A stretch of 64,000 bases of DNA from an uncultured Cytophagales bacterium. GTDB lineage: Bacteria > Bacteroidota > Bacteroidia > Cytophagales > Cyclobacteriaceae. The notes below the pieces were generated by a model, which ran no database searches, had not been told where the DNA came from, and worked only from the letters and a program-made list of their open reading frames with translations. This document shows, piece after piece, positions 47,170 to 59,347 of the stretch. The stretch spans positions 39,132 to 103,131 of the forward strand of contig CAYQLY010000009.1 of assembly GCA_964418605.1 (NCBI GenBank), read 5' to 3'. The stretch's first letter is position 1, and each line of letters starts with the position of its first letter. Both the position numbers and the translations under genes were made by a program.

Positions 47170-48843
47170 ATGAATACATCTCAACCTTGGTTTAAAAATT
47201 ATCCTACAGGAGTACCATTCGAAATTAATCCAGAAAAATATGAAAGTATTCTGGAGTTATTAGAAGAGTGTTTCGAAAAATACGCAGATCTTCCAGCCTT
47301 TGTGAATATGGGAAAAGCACTAACCTATCGAGAGGTTGATACACTTTCCAAGCGATTTGCAGGATATCTTCAACATGAAATGAAGTTACAACCTGGAGAT
47401 CGCATTGCTATACAACTTCCTAATCTATTACAATACCCTATCGTATTATTCGGAGCACTTCGAGCTGGGTGTGTTGTAGTAAATACAAATCCACTTTATA
47501 CTCCACGCGAAATGGAATACCAATTTAACGATGCTGGGGTAAAAGCTGTCATTATATTAGCTAACTTCGCTACGAACTTAGAAAAAATTATTTCACACAC
47601 TCTGATTGAAAAAGTTATCATCACTGAAATTGGAGATATGCTGGGTGGTCTAAAAGGCAAGATTGTAAACTTCGTGGTAAAATATATCAAAAAAATGGTT
47701 CCTTCATACCATTTACCACACGCCCTATCTCTACGAAAAATTTTAAATGAACACCACGAATCAAACTATAAAAGTAGATCAATCAAAGGCAAAGACTTAG
47801 CCTTCCTTCAATACACTGGTGGAACAACCGGCGTATCTAAAGGCGCGATGCTCAGCCATCGAAACATTATAGCTAATGTAGAGCAATGCAGCGCTTGGTG
47901 GCTCAACATACTTAAAGAAAAGGAGGAGATCGTTATTACACCTCTTCCACTTTATCATATTTTTTCATTGACCGTCAATGCACTTTGTATGAGTAAAATA
48001 GGCGCTAAAAATATATTAATTACCAACCCAAAAGATCTCAAAGGATTTATCAAAGAAATTAAAAAATATCCTTTTACTGTTTTAACCGGTGTAAATACGT
48101 TATTTAATGGTATGCTGCATCGACCTGAATTTAAAAGTATAGATTTTTCTCATATCAGAGCCATTATTGCAGGCGGAATGGCTCTCCAGCGACCTGTTGC
48201 TGAAAAATGGAAACAGATGACTAACACCACTATTTCTGAAGGCTATGGACTAACAGAAACATCTCCCGTACTTTGCTGCAATCCAGTAAACGGTCAAGAC
48301 TATCCAGGAACAATTGGTTTTCCATTCCCCAATACCGATCTTAAAGTGATTGATGATGATGGCAATGATCTAGGTATTGAAAAAGTAGGCGAATTATGCG
48401 TAAAGGGGCCTCAAGTGATGGCTGGATATTGGAATAAACCTGAGGAAACCACACACGCACTCCAAGATGGTTGGTTTAAAACAGGTGATATAGGTATGAT
48501 ACTAGAAAATGGTACAATCAAAATTGTAGACCGAAAAAAAGACATGATTGTTGTATCTGGGTTTAAAGTATTCCCGAATGAAATTGAGGATATCTTTTCA
48601 AAACATCCAGGTGTATTGGAGGTTGCAGCCATTGGTGTACCTGATGAAAAATCAACAGAGGCTGTAAAGGTGTTTATTGTAAAAAAAGACCCTAAACTAA
48701 CCGAGCAAGACCTTCGACTATTTGCTGAAGAAAACTTCACACACTATAAACTTCCCAAATATTACGAGTTTCGAACGGAACTTCCCAAGACTAATGTAGG
48801 TAAAATTTTACGCCGAAAATTAAAAGAAGAAACTACCAAATAA
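47170..48843 (+). CDS. fadD: Long-chain fatty-acid--CoA ligase
   Basis: 557 aa with the AMP-binding motif 'YTGGTTGVSKGAMLSHRN' and 'GYGLTETSP'. Confidence 0.85.
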   Translation: MNTSQPWFKNYPTGVPFEINPEKYESILELLEECFEKYADLPAFVNMGKALTYREVDTLSKRFAGYLQHEMKLQPGDRIAIQLPNLLQYPIVLFGALRAGCVVVNTNPLYTPREMEYQFNDAGVKAVIILANFATNLEKIISHTLIEKVIITEIGDMLGGLKGKIVNFVVKYIKKMVPSYHLPHALSLRKILNEHHESNYKSRSIKGKDLAFLQYTGGTTGVSKGAMLSHRNIIANVEQCSAWWLNILKEKEEIVITPLPLYHIFSLTVNALCMSKIGAKNILITNPKDLKGFIKEIKKYPFTVLTGVNTLFNGMLHRPEFKSIDFSHIRAIIAGGMALQRPVAEKWKQMTNTTISEGYGLTETSPVLCCNPVNGQDYPGTIGFPFPNTDLKVIDDDGNDLGIEKVGELCVKGPQVMAGYWNKPEETTHALQDGWFKTGDIGMILENGTIKIVDRKKDMIVVSGFKVFPNEIEDIFSKHPGVLEVAAIGVPDEKSTEAVKVFIVKKDPKLTEQDLRLFAEENFTHYKLPKYYEFRTELPKTNVGKILRRKLKEETTK

Positions 48844-48845
48844 TA

Positions 48846-49574
48846 CTAATCGGTAGGCGATTGATGTAAAGCTAAATATTTTATAAAATTACGTTTGACA
48901 ATTGGAAGAATTGTTTCATGAAAAGGATAATCTATATTAACCTCAATAATATAGCTAGCGGGTACAGGCAAATGTTTATACCGTTTTACTAAACTTATTT
49001 TAAGCGCCTCAGGTGTTGAAGTTAACGTTCGCTTTACCGATTCTATATAAGATGTATGAATGCCTCTATACCTTCCTAATGAACTTTCAAAAAATGTAAT
49101 CTGATATTGATAAATAGATGTCATATCTACGTTTAACTGCTGCAGAAAAAAATAGCCTTCATCTGTATATAAAACATTTATACCAACAGGACCAATTTGA
49201 ATATGTTCTTGAACAAATTCATAAATATCTTTACCATCATTTACAACCTCCTCCAATTGAGGTATAGCAAAATGAACAATCTCCTCTAACTCTTTCATCA
49301 TGTCATCATCTTGTACTATCTTTTCATAAATCAATTCAAGATTTCTTAAATCTGCTAGAGTTAATTTTTGAGGAAAAGAATCATAAACAAGTGTTTTATT
49401 TTTTTTAAAAGACACTAAATTTTGGTAATGTACAACCAGATCAGATAAATAAGGATACAACCTATATTGATCAAACTCTTTCTTAACTTCTTTTAAGTAC
49501 GCAAGTAAAGTATATTTTTTATACTCAAAATCGATCAATCCGCTAGTTAACCAATCTTTTTTTAAATTTTTCAT
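48846..49574 (-). CDS. Hypothetical protein
   Basis: The ORF extends to 49610, with a likely start at M13 (49574, MKNLKKDWL). No family recognised. Confidence 0.4.
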   Translation of the reverse strand: MKNLKKDWLTSGLIDFEYKKYTLLAYLKEVKKEFDQYRLYPYLSDLVVHYQNLVSFKKNKTLVYDSFPQKLTLADLRNLELIYEKIVQDDDMMKELEEIVHFAIPQLEEVVNDGKDIYEFVQEHIQIGPVGINVLYTDEGYFFLQQLNVDMTSIYQYQITFFESSLGRYRGIHTSYIESVKRTLTSTPEALKISLVKRYKHLPVPASYIIEVNIDYPFHETILPIVKRNFIKYLALHQSPTD

Positions 49575-49784
49575 ATCGTTTAAATAGTATAAATTATAAA
49601 TAAAATACAATGTTTAATAGGCATAAAAAGAAAAAATGGCATAAACAGTACAGCATAATGCCACAATGCTGTAAATTTGTCCTGCTTTTCATACGATTTT
49701 TTAGCCAAAAAGGTTTGGCACAAAAATGGATAGACTAGCAATGAATTGAACTTCTTTTAAATTTTAAAAAAACATACACGAACT

Positions 49785-50063
49785 ATGTCAAAAGTAAAAA
49801 TTAAGCCCCTATCAGACCGAGTTCTGGTAGAGCCTGAAGCAGCAGAAACAAAAACCGCATCTGGCATCATTATTCCAGATACAGCTAAAGAAAAACCTCA
49901 AAAAGGGAAAATAATAGCTGTAGGAAATGGTAAAAAAGATGAGCCTATCACTGTTAAGGTTGGTGATACGGTCCTTTATGGTAAATATTCAGGTACTGAA
50001 ATTACAGTTGAAGGGAAAGAATATTTAATCATGAGAGAATCTGACATTTTTGCAGTTCTTTAG
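49785..50063 (+). CDS. groES: Co-chaperonin GroES
   Basis: 92 aa with '[11 protein letters not shown]...[16 protein letters not shown]'. Confidence 0.95.
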   Translation: MSKVKIKPLSDRVLVEPEAAETKTASGIIIPDTAKEKPQKGKIIAVGNGKKDEPITVKVGDTVLYGKYSGTEITVEGKEYLIMRESDIFAVL

Positions 50064-50111
50064 TTTTAATTTCAAACTAACCACATTTAAAATAAATACT
50101 AAAAAAATTAA

Positions 50112-51773
<1,662 letters not shown>

Positions 51774-51795
51774 GAATCAGTTATAATCAACCAAT

Positions 51796-51845
51796 CACAT
51801 AAAAAAAAAGCGTTAGATTAATCTAACGCTTTTTTTTTATGTGAT
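51796..51845. terminator. Bidirectional intrinsic terminator between groEL and hldD
   Basis: 50-nt palindrome CACAT-A9-GCGTTAGATTAATCTAACGC-T9-ATGTG. Confidence 0.7.
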
Positions 51846-51854
51846 TTTTTAAGA

Positions 51855-52820
51855 TTAATAATATTTTTGACTAATCAAATAACTTTTCACATAATCCTCT
51901 ATCCCATCTTCTAGTTTTGTAAATTCTTTTTGATAGCCAATCGTTTTTAATTTATCCATCTTGGCTTCAGTGAAATATTGGTATTTATCGCGAATATCCT
52001 CTGGCGTATCGATAAATTCAACTTGAGGCTTCTTATTTAATGAATAAAAAACTACATGTGCTAAATCTAAAAATGTACGGGCTCTCCCACTCCCTAAATT
52101 ATATATACCTGAATTTTTTCGATGATGCATCAAAAATAGACATACGTCTATAACATCTTTTACATAGACAAAATCACGCTTTTGCTCCCCATCTTTAAAG
52201 TCAGAGTTATGCGAGCGAAATAATTTCATTTTACTTGTCTCTTTAATTTGATTGTAGGCATGGAATACCACCGAAGCCATTCTTCCTTTATGGTATTCAT
52301 TAGGCCCGTATACATTAAAAAATTTTAATCCTGCCCAAAAAAAAGGTTTCTTTTCTTGAGTTAAGACCCATTTGTCGAAGTCATTTTTAGATTCACCATA
52401 TGGATTTAACGGATGAAGTTGTGGGATGAGTGCCTCATTATCATCATAGCCTAACTCTCCCAATCCATAGGTTGCAGCCGAAGAAGCATAAACTAATGGA
52501 ATTTGATAAGCAATACACTTTTCCCAAACCTTTTTAGAATAATCCAAGTTAAGATGTGTAAGAATCGTTTTATCAAACTCGGTTGTATCTGTACGTGCAC
52601 CAATATGAAAGAAAAATTCTACATGCTCATAATTTTTATCTAACCATTCAAAAAAAATTTCTCGGTCCACTTTTTCTTTAATCGTTTTACCTTCTAAATT
52701 TTTATGTTTTTCCGGATCACTAAAATCATCTACTGCGATGATATAATTAAATCGATCTGCATTCAATCGACTAATTAAACAACTTCCAATAAACCCAGCG
52801 GCACCTGTAACAATAATCAT
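51855..52820 (-). CDS. hldD: ADP-L-glycero-D-manno-heptose 6-epimerase
   Basis: 321-aa SDR with 'IIVTGAAGFIGS' and 'YGESK'. Resembles the RfaD family overall. Confidence 0.8.
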   Translation of the reverse strand: MIIVTGAAGFIGSCLISRLNADRFNYIIAVDDFSDPEKHKNLEGKTIKEKVDREIFFEWLDKNYEHVEFFFHIGARTDTTEFDKTILTHLNLDYSKKVWEKCIAYQIPLVYASSAATYGLGELGYDDNEALIPQLHPLNPYGESKNDFDKWVLTQEKKPFFWAGLKFFNVYGPNEYHKGRMASVVFHAYNQIKETSKMKLFRSHNSDFKDGEQKRDFVYVKDVIDVCLFLMHHRKNSGIYNLGSGRARTFLDLAHVVFYSLNKKPQVEFIDTPEDIRDKYQYFTEAKMDKLKTIGYQKEFTKLEDGIEDYVKSYLISQKYY

Positions 52821-52880
52821 ACTTTTATTTTACTATTTTTGTATGCTTAAATTTACAAAATTGAAATCACATGATTTAAT

Positions 52881-53711
52881 ATGAAAAAAATAATTATTTA
52901 CCTAGTAGTCTTAGTTAATTTTGGAATCAATCAAAAGAGCTTTAGTCAAACTGCTGATTCCACCACAACAAACCCACCTGCAGCTGATCCTCCTCCATCT
53001 GCAAATTATAGCGAAACAAATAATTTAGCAGAGGTATTTACGGGACCAACAGGAAATAAAGGGTTAAAGTATAAAGTTACAGCGGATGGTATGCTATCTC
53101 AAGGTAATGTTGAGCGGACATTAGTAGTATTAAGAACTGATTTTTCATATGCTAATCAAGCTATTGATATTTCAACTCATCCGCGTTTTACTTATGGAAA
53201 ACAAAATGGAGTCGTAGCCGAGCGTGATTTTTTTGGAGATCTGAATATAAGCTTATATGATCAACATACAGTATATGGATTTGGAATAGGTATTGTAGAA
53301 ACAAGCAATCTACGTGGCATCGAGCTTCGATCTTTAGGCGGCTTAGGTATTGGTTTTCGAGTTATAAAAAAAGAAAATCACAAATTTTCAATCACCAACG
53401 CATTGATGTATGAGAGTACTACATTTATCCCAGACACAACCATTCAAACACTACGAAGCTCTTTACGTTTAAAAGGGGATCATTATTTTTTCAACAAAAA
53501 AGCGAAACTCACACACATTAGCTTTTTTCAACCATCTTTACTCAATATCAATAACATTAGAGCAAACACGACCATTACATTAGAAATTCCACTTAGCCGG
53601 ATGCTGAGTATACGTACATCATTTGAAGATTCTTATGAAAGTATTGTAAGAGGCGAAAGAAAACAAAATGATTCGCGCTGGACATTTGGCATAGCAATTG
53701 GTAACTTTTAG
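52881..53711 (+). CDS. Putative outer-membrane beta-barrel protein (DUF481-like)
   Basis: 276 aa. Signal peptide, alternating beta-strand pattern and a C-terminal aromatic (…IGNF). The family call is tentative. Confidence 0.4.
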   Translation: MKKIIIYLVVLVNFGINQKSFSQTADSTTTNPPAADPPPSANYSETNNLAEVFTGPTGNKGLKYKVTADGMLSQGNVERTLVVLRTDFSYANQAIDISTHPRFTYGKQNGVVAERDFFGDLNISLYDQHTVYGFGIGIVETSNLRGIELRSLGGLGIGFRVIKKENHKFSITNALMYESTTFIPDTTIQTLRSSLRLKGDHYFFNKKAKLTHISFFQPSLLNINNIRANTTITLEIPLSRMLSIRTSFEDSYESIVRGERKQNDSRWTFGIAIGNF

Positions 53712-53716
53712 AGCAC

Positions 53717-54625
53717 ATGCGAACACTGCCTTACATCTTAATGTTATTAACCATTACCCTTTCTTGTCAACGCTATGTTAAAAAAAAAGATACTGTTTAT
53801 AGCTTTATTTACTACGATGATTTAGGACGAAAAATCAGTCTCACACATACACCGAAGCGAATCCTATCCCTCGCCCCTTCCATGACTGAAATGCTTTTTG
53901 CTGTATGCGATACAAGCTATATTATTGGTGTAACAGAACATTGCAACTATCCAGAAGCCGCAGTTCATAAAGAAAAAATACATACTTATCCGCTTGATGT
54001 AGAACATATTTTTACGCTAAAGCCTGATATTATTTTTACAAAAGACGGGATGATCTCCTTAGATCATATTCAGAAGATAGAAGAAATGGGTATACCACTA
54101 TACATTCAGAGCTATAAAACGGTAAATGACATTTTCAATGGATTATTAAAAATTGGCAAGATTATTGGTGAAGAAAAAAAGTCAATAATACTTGTTGATT
54201 CATTAAAGAAAGAATTAGAAAAAATTAAAATAAATACCACGTCTAAGAAAAAGATAACTGTATTAGCTATCACCTGGTATGATCCTATTTACGCCTATGG
54301 ATATTCTTCTTTATTTACAGACAAACTGCATTTACTCGGTGTAGACAATGCGGTAGACTCATCAATCTCTTCTCCTTATCCGGTCTTGAGTCGCGAATAT
54401 ATTTTAAAGATTAATCCAGATATTATTATTGGAAAATCATTTGATACCATGAACTCTTCTTTTTTTATATTATATCCAGAGCTCAAATCGATAAAAGCCT
54501 ACAAAAACAATCATATATACGCCATTACAGATGACTTACATTCAAGACCAAGTCCCCGTATTATTGAATCCATGATTGAGCTGAAAAATATTATTAACTT
54601 TACAATAGCTAATAAAACATTATAA
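53717..54625 (+). CDS. ABC transporter periplasmic binding lipoprotein, BtuF/FhuD-like (cluster A-II)
   Basis: 302 aa with lipobox 'LSC' and 'PKRILSLAPSMTEMLFAV...KPDIIF', typical of B12/siderophore binding proteins. Confidence 0.75.
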   Translation: MRTLPYILMLLTITLSCQRYVKKKDTVYSFIYYDDLGRKISLTHTPKRILSLAPSMTEMLFAVCDTSYIIGVTEHCNYPEAAVHKEKIHTYPLDVEHIFTLKPDIIFTKDGMISLDHIQKIEEMGIPLYIQSYKTVNDIFNGLLKIGKIIGEEKKSIILVDSLKKELEKIKINTTSKKKITVLAITWYDPIYAYGYSSLFTDKLHLLGVDNAVDSSISSPYPVLSREYILKINPDIIIGKSFDTMNSSFFILYPELKSIKAYKNNHIYAITDDLHSRPSPRIIESMIELKNIINFTIANKTL

Positions 54626-54630
54626 AAGTT

Positions 54631-55749
54631 ATGATAACAAAACGAAGTACTTTGTCTTTTATTTTACTTTTTTATACATTAAGCCTCTATAGCCAAATGA
54701 ACAACACTTCCAAATGGTTTTTACTTCCCCAAAAAACAGAAACCAAACTTTGCACATTTGTGAATAACAAAATTATGGAAATAACAGTAATAGATGTTCC
54801 TCAGAATAGTAAATATGCTATTGATGAAAATGATTTTGTTGTAAACTTAGACTTAGATACAATTTATATTTGCCAGATTAATGAAAAAAAGGAGTCAATT
54901 AAATATTATCCTAAATTACCTATTCCACCTACCATAGCTGCTGATTGTATTGCTATAAAAGATGGCATCATCTATATAGGAGGGAAAAAAAATCAAGGGC
55001 ATGGCGAAATTCTATTATTATACGATATAAAAAAAGAAGAATGGAGAACTATACCTATACCAGCTGAAATTATTACAGGATACACAAAATCTATTGATGA
55101 CCTACTCATTGAAAAGGATATATTAATTGCTGTTGACGATATTGCATCTCCAAAATATCTTATTGAATACACTATCCAAAATCCTTCTTCACCTGTTTTA
55201 TCAAAAGTACAAAAACTTGAAAATTCAGGGCCTTATGAACATATTCAAAAAGGATCTTCAAATTCGAATTACATCGCACTACTATCTACTTCATCTGGAC
55301 TTTATGAAATATCAAACATTATTGCTATTTATTCAAAAAAAAGAAACTATCAAAATCCGTTTATTTGGTTAACAAGTAAAAAACAGGGGGAGACATCCAC
55401 CAAATCCAATAAAAAAAATAATCCAAATATAGGGTTAGACCCTTTCTATGAATGGAAAGATATTTTACTTATAGAGAACCATCTATTTATCGCTGCTAAG
55501 GAAGAAGGCATAGGTCATTTTATATTTTCAGATAGTCTTTTCAAAAGCTCTAGTGATCAATCAAAATTTATTCAAAACTATATAGAAAAATATCATGGCA
55601 TCATTAATTACATAAAACAAAAAGAAGGTAGTGTAGTAAAATTACAAGCCATCCCAAATAATACCCACTTTTTCATAGCTATTATCCAGTATAATGGGAT
55701 TTATACTTATAAACTAATCCCTACCTCTCCTAATAATGAAAAAAAATAA
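54631..55749 (+). CDS. Hypothetical secreted protein inserted between the btuF-like and btuC-like genes
   Basis: 372 aa with a signal peptide. AT-rich, no family recognised. Overlaps the permease start by 14 nt. Confidence 0.45.
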   Translation: MITKRSTLSFILLFYTLSLYSQMNNTSKWFLLPQKTETKLCTFVNNKIMEITVIDVPQNSKYAIDENDFVVNLDLDTIYICQINEKKESIKYYPKLPIPPTIAADCIAIKDGIIYIGGKKNQGHGEILLLYDIKKEEWRTIPIPAEIITGYTKSIDDLLIEKDILIAVDDIASPKYLIEYTIQNPSSPVLSKVQKLENSGPYEHIQKGSSNSNYIALLSTSSGLYEISNIIAIYSKKRNYQNPFIWLTSKKQGETSTKSNKKNNPNIGLDPFYEWKDILLIENHLFIAAKEEGIGHFIFSDSLFKSSSDQSKFIQNYIEKYHGIINYIKQKEGSVVKLQAIPNNTHFFIAIIQYNGIYTYKLIPTSPNNEKK

Positions 55750-56743
55750 TCTATTAACTATATTAGCTTTTTTCTTAATTCCGTTATTAGTAAGCTATGA
55801 ACTCTATTTAGGAAGCATACCTATTAAAACATCCACCATAATCAACTCACTCGTTGATTATGATTCTTCCAACCAGCTTCATTACGTTATTATTTATTTG
55901 CGATTACCTCGCATTATATTAGCTTTTTTGGTTGGAAGTGGATTAGCACTAAGTGGCTATTTAATGCAGTCTTTATTAAATAACCCATTAGCTGATCCTT
56001 ATACTTTAGGCACAGCTGCAGGCGGGGCATTAGGTGCTAGTGTTGCTTTTCTAGGGCTACCTATTTTTTCTTTTCTTCACTTTATTTACTCTCCTTTTAT
56101 TTTTGCATTCATAGGATCATTAAGCGTGACTATTCTCGTTGTCTCACTCGCTTATCGAAAGAAAAACATAAGCACCAATCATCTTCTCCTCGCAGGTATT
56201 TCTATAAGCTCACTGATCGCCTCACTCATTACAGTATTGCATTTTTTATCGGACTCTGCAGAAAAGCTTCGAGCAGTTGTTTTTTGGGCTATGGGAGGAT
56301 TAGAAAAGGCCAGTTGGAATTTTATTTTTATTCCTTTTTTTATTATTTTGATAGCCTGGATCTTATTTTCACTTCTACATAAAGAATTAAATATCTTATT
56401 GCTTGGCGAAGCTAAAGCCATCAATATAGGCATGAAGGTAAAAAAAATAAAGTGGATTATCTTATTAGGAAGTTGCTTTGTAACAGGAAGCTTAGTAGCT
56501 ATCTGTGGGCCTATTGGATTCGTTGGATTAATCGTTCCACACGTCGTACGAGGCAGGTATGGCACTACCAATAGATGGAATATCTCCTATTGTATTCTTT
56601 ATGGTGGCATTCTAATGTTAGTAGCAGATAGTGTTTCTCGACTTATTTATCCACCAACTGGTTTACCTGCAGGCATCATTACTTCACTTGTAGGCATTCC
56701 ATTTCTACTGTATTTGCTTTATAAAAAGAATAATTTAGATTAA
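55736..56743 (+). CDS. FecCD-family ABC transporter permease (BtuC-like)
   Basis: 335-aa polytopic ORF with 'NPLADPYTLGTAAGGALGA' and 'GPIGFVGLIVPH' motifs. Confidence 0.8.
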   Translation: MKKNNLLTILAFFLIPLLVSYELYLGSIPIKTSTIINSLVDYDSSNQLHYVIIYLRLPRIILAFLVGSGLALSGYLMQSLLNNPLADPYTLGTAAGGALGASVAFLGLPIFSFLHFIYSPFIFAFIGSLSVTILVVSLAYRKKNISTNHLLLAGISISSLIASLITVLHFLSDSAEKLRAVVFWAMGGLEKASWNFIFIPFFIILIAWILFSLLHKELNILLLGEAKAINIGMKVKKIKWIILLGSCFVTGSLVAICGPIGFVGLIVPHVVRGRYGTTNRWNISYCILYGGILMLVADSVSRLIYPPTGLPAGIITSLVGIPFLLYLLYKKNNLD

Positions 56744-56799
56744 ACCCATTACCTCTACGCACATATTTACATATATTTGCAAAAAAATAAACTATCAAC

Positions 56800-57219
56800 A
56801 TGCCGGTATACGTCAGCCGAAAAGAACATTTTAATGCGGCTCACAAGCTTTATAATCCAACATGGAGTAAAGAAAAAAATGAGGAGGTTTTCGGACCTTG
56901 TGCTAATGTCAACTGGCACGGTCATAATTTTGAATTAATTGTCACTGTAAAAGGCGAGCCCGATCCTGAAACAGGTTTTGTTATTGATTTAAAAAAACTA
57001 AGTACACTTATTAAAAAAGAAATCATCGACAAGCTGGATCATAAAAACATCAACTTAGATGTTGACTTTATGAAAGATAAAATGGCTAGCTGCGAAATGC
57101 TTATTATAGAAATATGGAAAATACTTGACCCATCTATTGAAACTATTTCTAAAGCAAAACTGCATTCCCTAAAACTTTATGAGACCCCACGAAATGCAGT
57201 TGAATATTTTGGAGAGTAA
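56800..57219 (+). CDS. queD: 6-carboxy-5,6,7,8-tetrahydropterin synthase (PTPS family)
   Basis: 139 aa with 'FNAAHKL...CANVNWHGHNFEL'. Confidence 0.85.
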   Translation: MPVYVSRKEHFNAAHKLYNPTWSKEKNEEVFGPCANVNWHGHNFELIVTVKGEPDPETGFVIDLKKLSTLIKKEIIDKLDHKNINLDVDFMKDKMASCEMLIIEIWKILDPSIETISKAKLHSLKLYETPRNAVEYFGE

Positions 57220-57222
57220 AAA

Positions 57223-58833
57223 TTAGTACCTTCGAATATACAGTTTATACTGATACGTTATTTCTTTGCTTTCATTTGCTTTTAACTCCACCTCCCAATC
57301 AACTTGATTTTTTTTACTCAAATAATAGTCATAATAATAGGGAGCTAGTTTTATAACATCCCATTTATGCGTTGACTTAATCATTTCTCCCCAAACCTCT
57401 CTTGTTAAATCAAGCTTCAATGATGTATTCTTATGATTTCTTATTGTTATTGTAGCTTCTACATTAACTAAATCATAATCATAGCCATCTTTCTTCTTTA
57501 CTCTTTCTTCACGAGAAGTTTCTTTTTCACTAGCCATCACTTCTATATCTGGTGACAACGTCAGCTTTACTTTTGCTCTCCCTCCTATGACCGTATAATT
57601 TAATTTATCCTGACTAATGGGTTTTTGAATGCCATTTTCTGCATTCACAACCATTACTGTTCCAGTTGTGAACGGATTCCCTGTTGTATTTTTAAATTGA
57701 ATCGAATGCCATACTTTTTCAGGCTCATTCGATTTTTTTTGACGGTCTTGATCATAGCTGTATGAATACCCATCATTGGAATTCGTAGCCAATACCACTT
57801 CATAAATATGTTCATATTGCAGATCACCACGCAATAATTCATAAATGGCTCGATCTCCTTTCTTTAAATTTATTTTAAATGGGATTTCATAAAAATATAA
57901 ATCTTCACTTGAGGCCATTTTTATTTCTTCAGAATTGCCATCGCTGCCTGCACCATAAGCTAGGGTATTCATCATCGATTGAGACGTAATATTATCCATT
58001 CTTCCTCGGCTATCTATATTTCCATAATTCAATGCTTGTAAAAACTCAATCAACGTTTGCTTTGAAGTCAGTGGTGATTCCAAGAACGAATAAGCAAAAT
58101 TAGGTACACCTACTACCAAACTTAATTTTCCATCTTGAATATCTTCGGCATCATTTGAAAAATTAGCTGTTAAAATCAGAGAAGCATTTTTTTCATCTTT
58201 TAATGTAATTAGATACGAAGGAATCCAACCAATGCCTTTTGACATATACATCATATCTACAGATTGAGAAGTATTTCCTTTCGCAAAATCTAGTCTTACT
58301 ACACGCTTTGACTGTTCACTTATAAATTCTTCATTGGGCTGATCAAAAAAATCAATCGATCGGATGGAATTATCTGAAATCGTTTTCCAACTGTCTTTTG
58401 TTTTTAATAATAAATAAGTATTACTATTACTAACAAGTGGAATATAAGAAGCTTCTATTTTTTCTGATTTAGAATAAGATCCTGTTTTTTCAATTGTACC
58501 CTCTACTGATTCTCCTGATTGAAGAACAATTCGAACTTTTTTACCGGTATTGGCTTTTAATAATTCAAAAAGAGTAGATGCTTTTTGCGTTGAGCTTCCT
58601 AATTCACTTGTAACTGAACGAATAGAGCCATTTTCAGTAGAAAACCAGATGGTTCCAAATAAAGCCTGAGGAAGATTTTCTATTATACTTACACCATCTT
58701 TTATTTTGGGATTTACTTTTTTTATAAAAAAGCCGGTACCGTTTTTAAAAACCGAAATTGTTTGTTTAGATTGTGACATAACGTGTACATTAAGGGTTAA
58801 AATGAATACTGAAAAAATTACTATCTGTCTCAT
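57223..58833 (-). CDS. Hypothetical secreted protein (possibly DUF4139-like)
   Basis: 536 aa with a signal peptide. The family assignment is only an impression. Confidence 0.35.
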   Translation of the reverse strand: MRQIVIFSVFILTLNVHVMSQSKQTISVFKNGTGFFIKKVNPKIKDGVSIIENLPQALFGTIWFSTENGSIRSVTSELGSSTQKASTLFELLKANTGKKVRIVLQSGESVEGTIEKTGSYSKSEKIEASYIPLVSNSNTYLLLKTKDSWKTISDNSIRSIDFFDQPNEEFISEQSKRVVRLDFAKGNTSQSVDMMYMSKGIGWIPSYLITLKDEKNASLILTANFSNDAEDIQDGKLSLVVGVPNFAYSFLESPLTSKQTLIEFLQALNYGNIDSRGRMDNITSQSMMNTLAYGAGSDGNSEEIKMASSEDLYFYEIPFKINLKKGDRAIYELLRGDLQYEHIYEVVLATNSNDGYSYSYDQDRQKKSNEPEKVWHSIQFKNTTGNPFTTGTVMVVNAENGIQKPISQDKLNYTVIGGRAKVKLTLSPDIEVMASEKETSREERVKKKDGYDYDLVNVEATITIRNHKNTSLKLDLTREVWGEMIKSTHKWDVIKLAPYYYDYYLSKKNQVDWEVELKANESKEITYQYKLYIRRY

Positions 58834-58834
58834 A

Positions 58835-59341
58835 TTATTTTATGTTTGCTTTCTTTTTTAAAATTTCTATTTCTTCTTTGGATAATAAATCATACTTTTC
58901 ATTTTCTTGAGCATTTGTTATAAGTACAAGCATAAATTGAATAACTGTATATGAACTAACTATGCATCCCTGTGTATAGTCTAGCTTCTCAGTATCTTTA
59001 ACATGTACTTCCAGAATTGTTTTTACTTTTTTTGATTTTAGTTTAACTAATCCCAAAAATGAATAGCAGCGCACCGCCGGATTAGGGTGGTTTGTTAATT
59101 CTACTAATTCAGGCTCTGTGGCTATTTGTATCAATTTTTCAAACTGAGTATAATGAGCGCTTTTAGAACCAGCCACACCTATGTATGCATCTTCCAACGA
59201 GGACGACATTTCATCAGCTATCTTTATCACTTCTTTATTAGCAATATGATCAGGCTGGTAGTTAAACTTGTTTTTCTTACCCTTACAAAAAGATAAAAAA
59301 GAGAGCGCCGATAATATAATGACAATATATACTTTTTTCAT
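58835..59341 (-). CDS. Hypothetical lipoprotein with HEAT-like helix ('HPNPAVRCY')
   Basis: 168 aa with lipobox-like 'LSFC'. One nucleotide separates it from the downstream gene. Confidence 0.4.
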   Translation of the reverse strand: MKKVYIVIILSALSFLSFCKGKKNKFNYQPDHIANKEVIKIADEMSSSLEDAYIGVAGSKSAHYTQFEKLIQIATEPELVELTNHPNPAVRCYSFLGLVKLKSKKVKTILEVHVKDTEKLDYTQGCIVSSYTVIQFMLVLITNAQENEKYDLLSKEEIEILKKKANIK

Positions 59342-59347
59342 GACTTT

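Noticed and set aside
49611-49784. CIRCE/HrcA operator upstream of groES
   Set aside because: No match to TTAGCACTC-N9-GAGTGCTAA on either strand.
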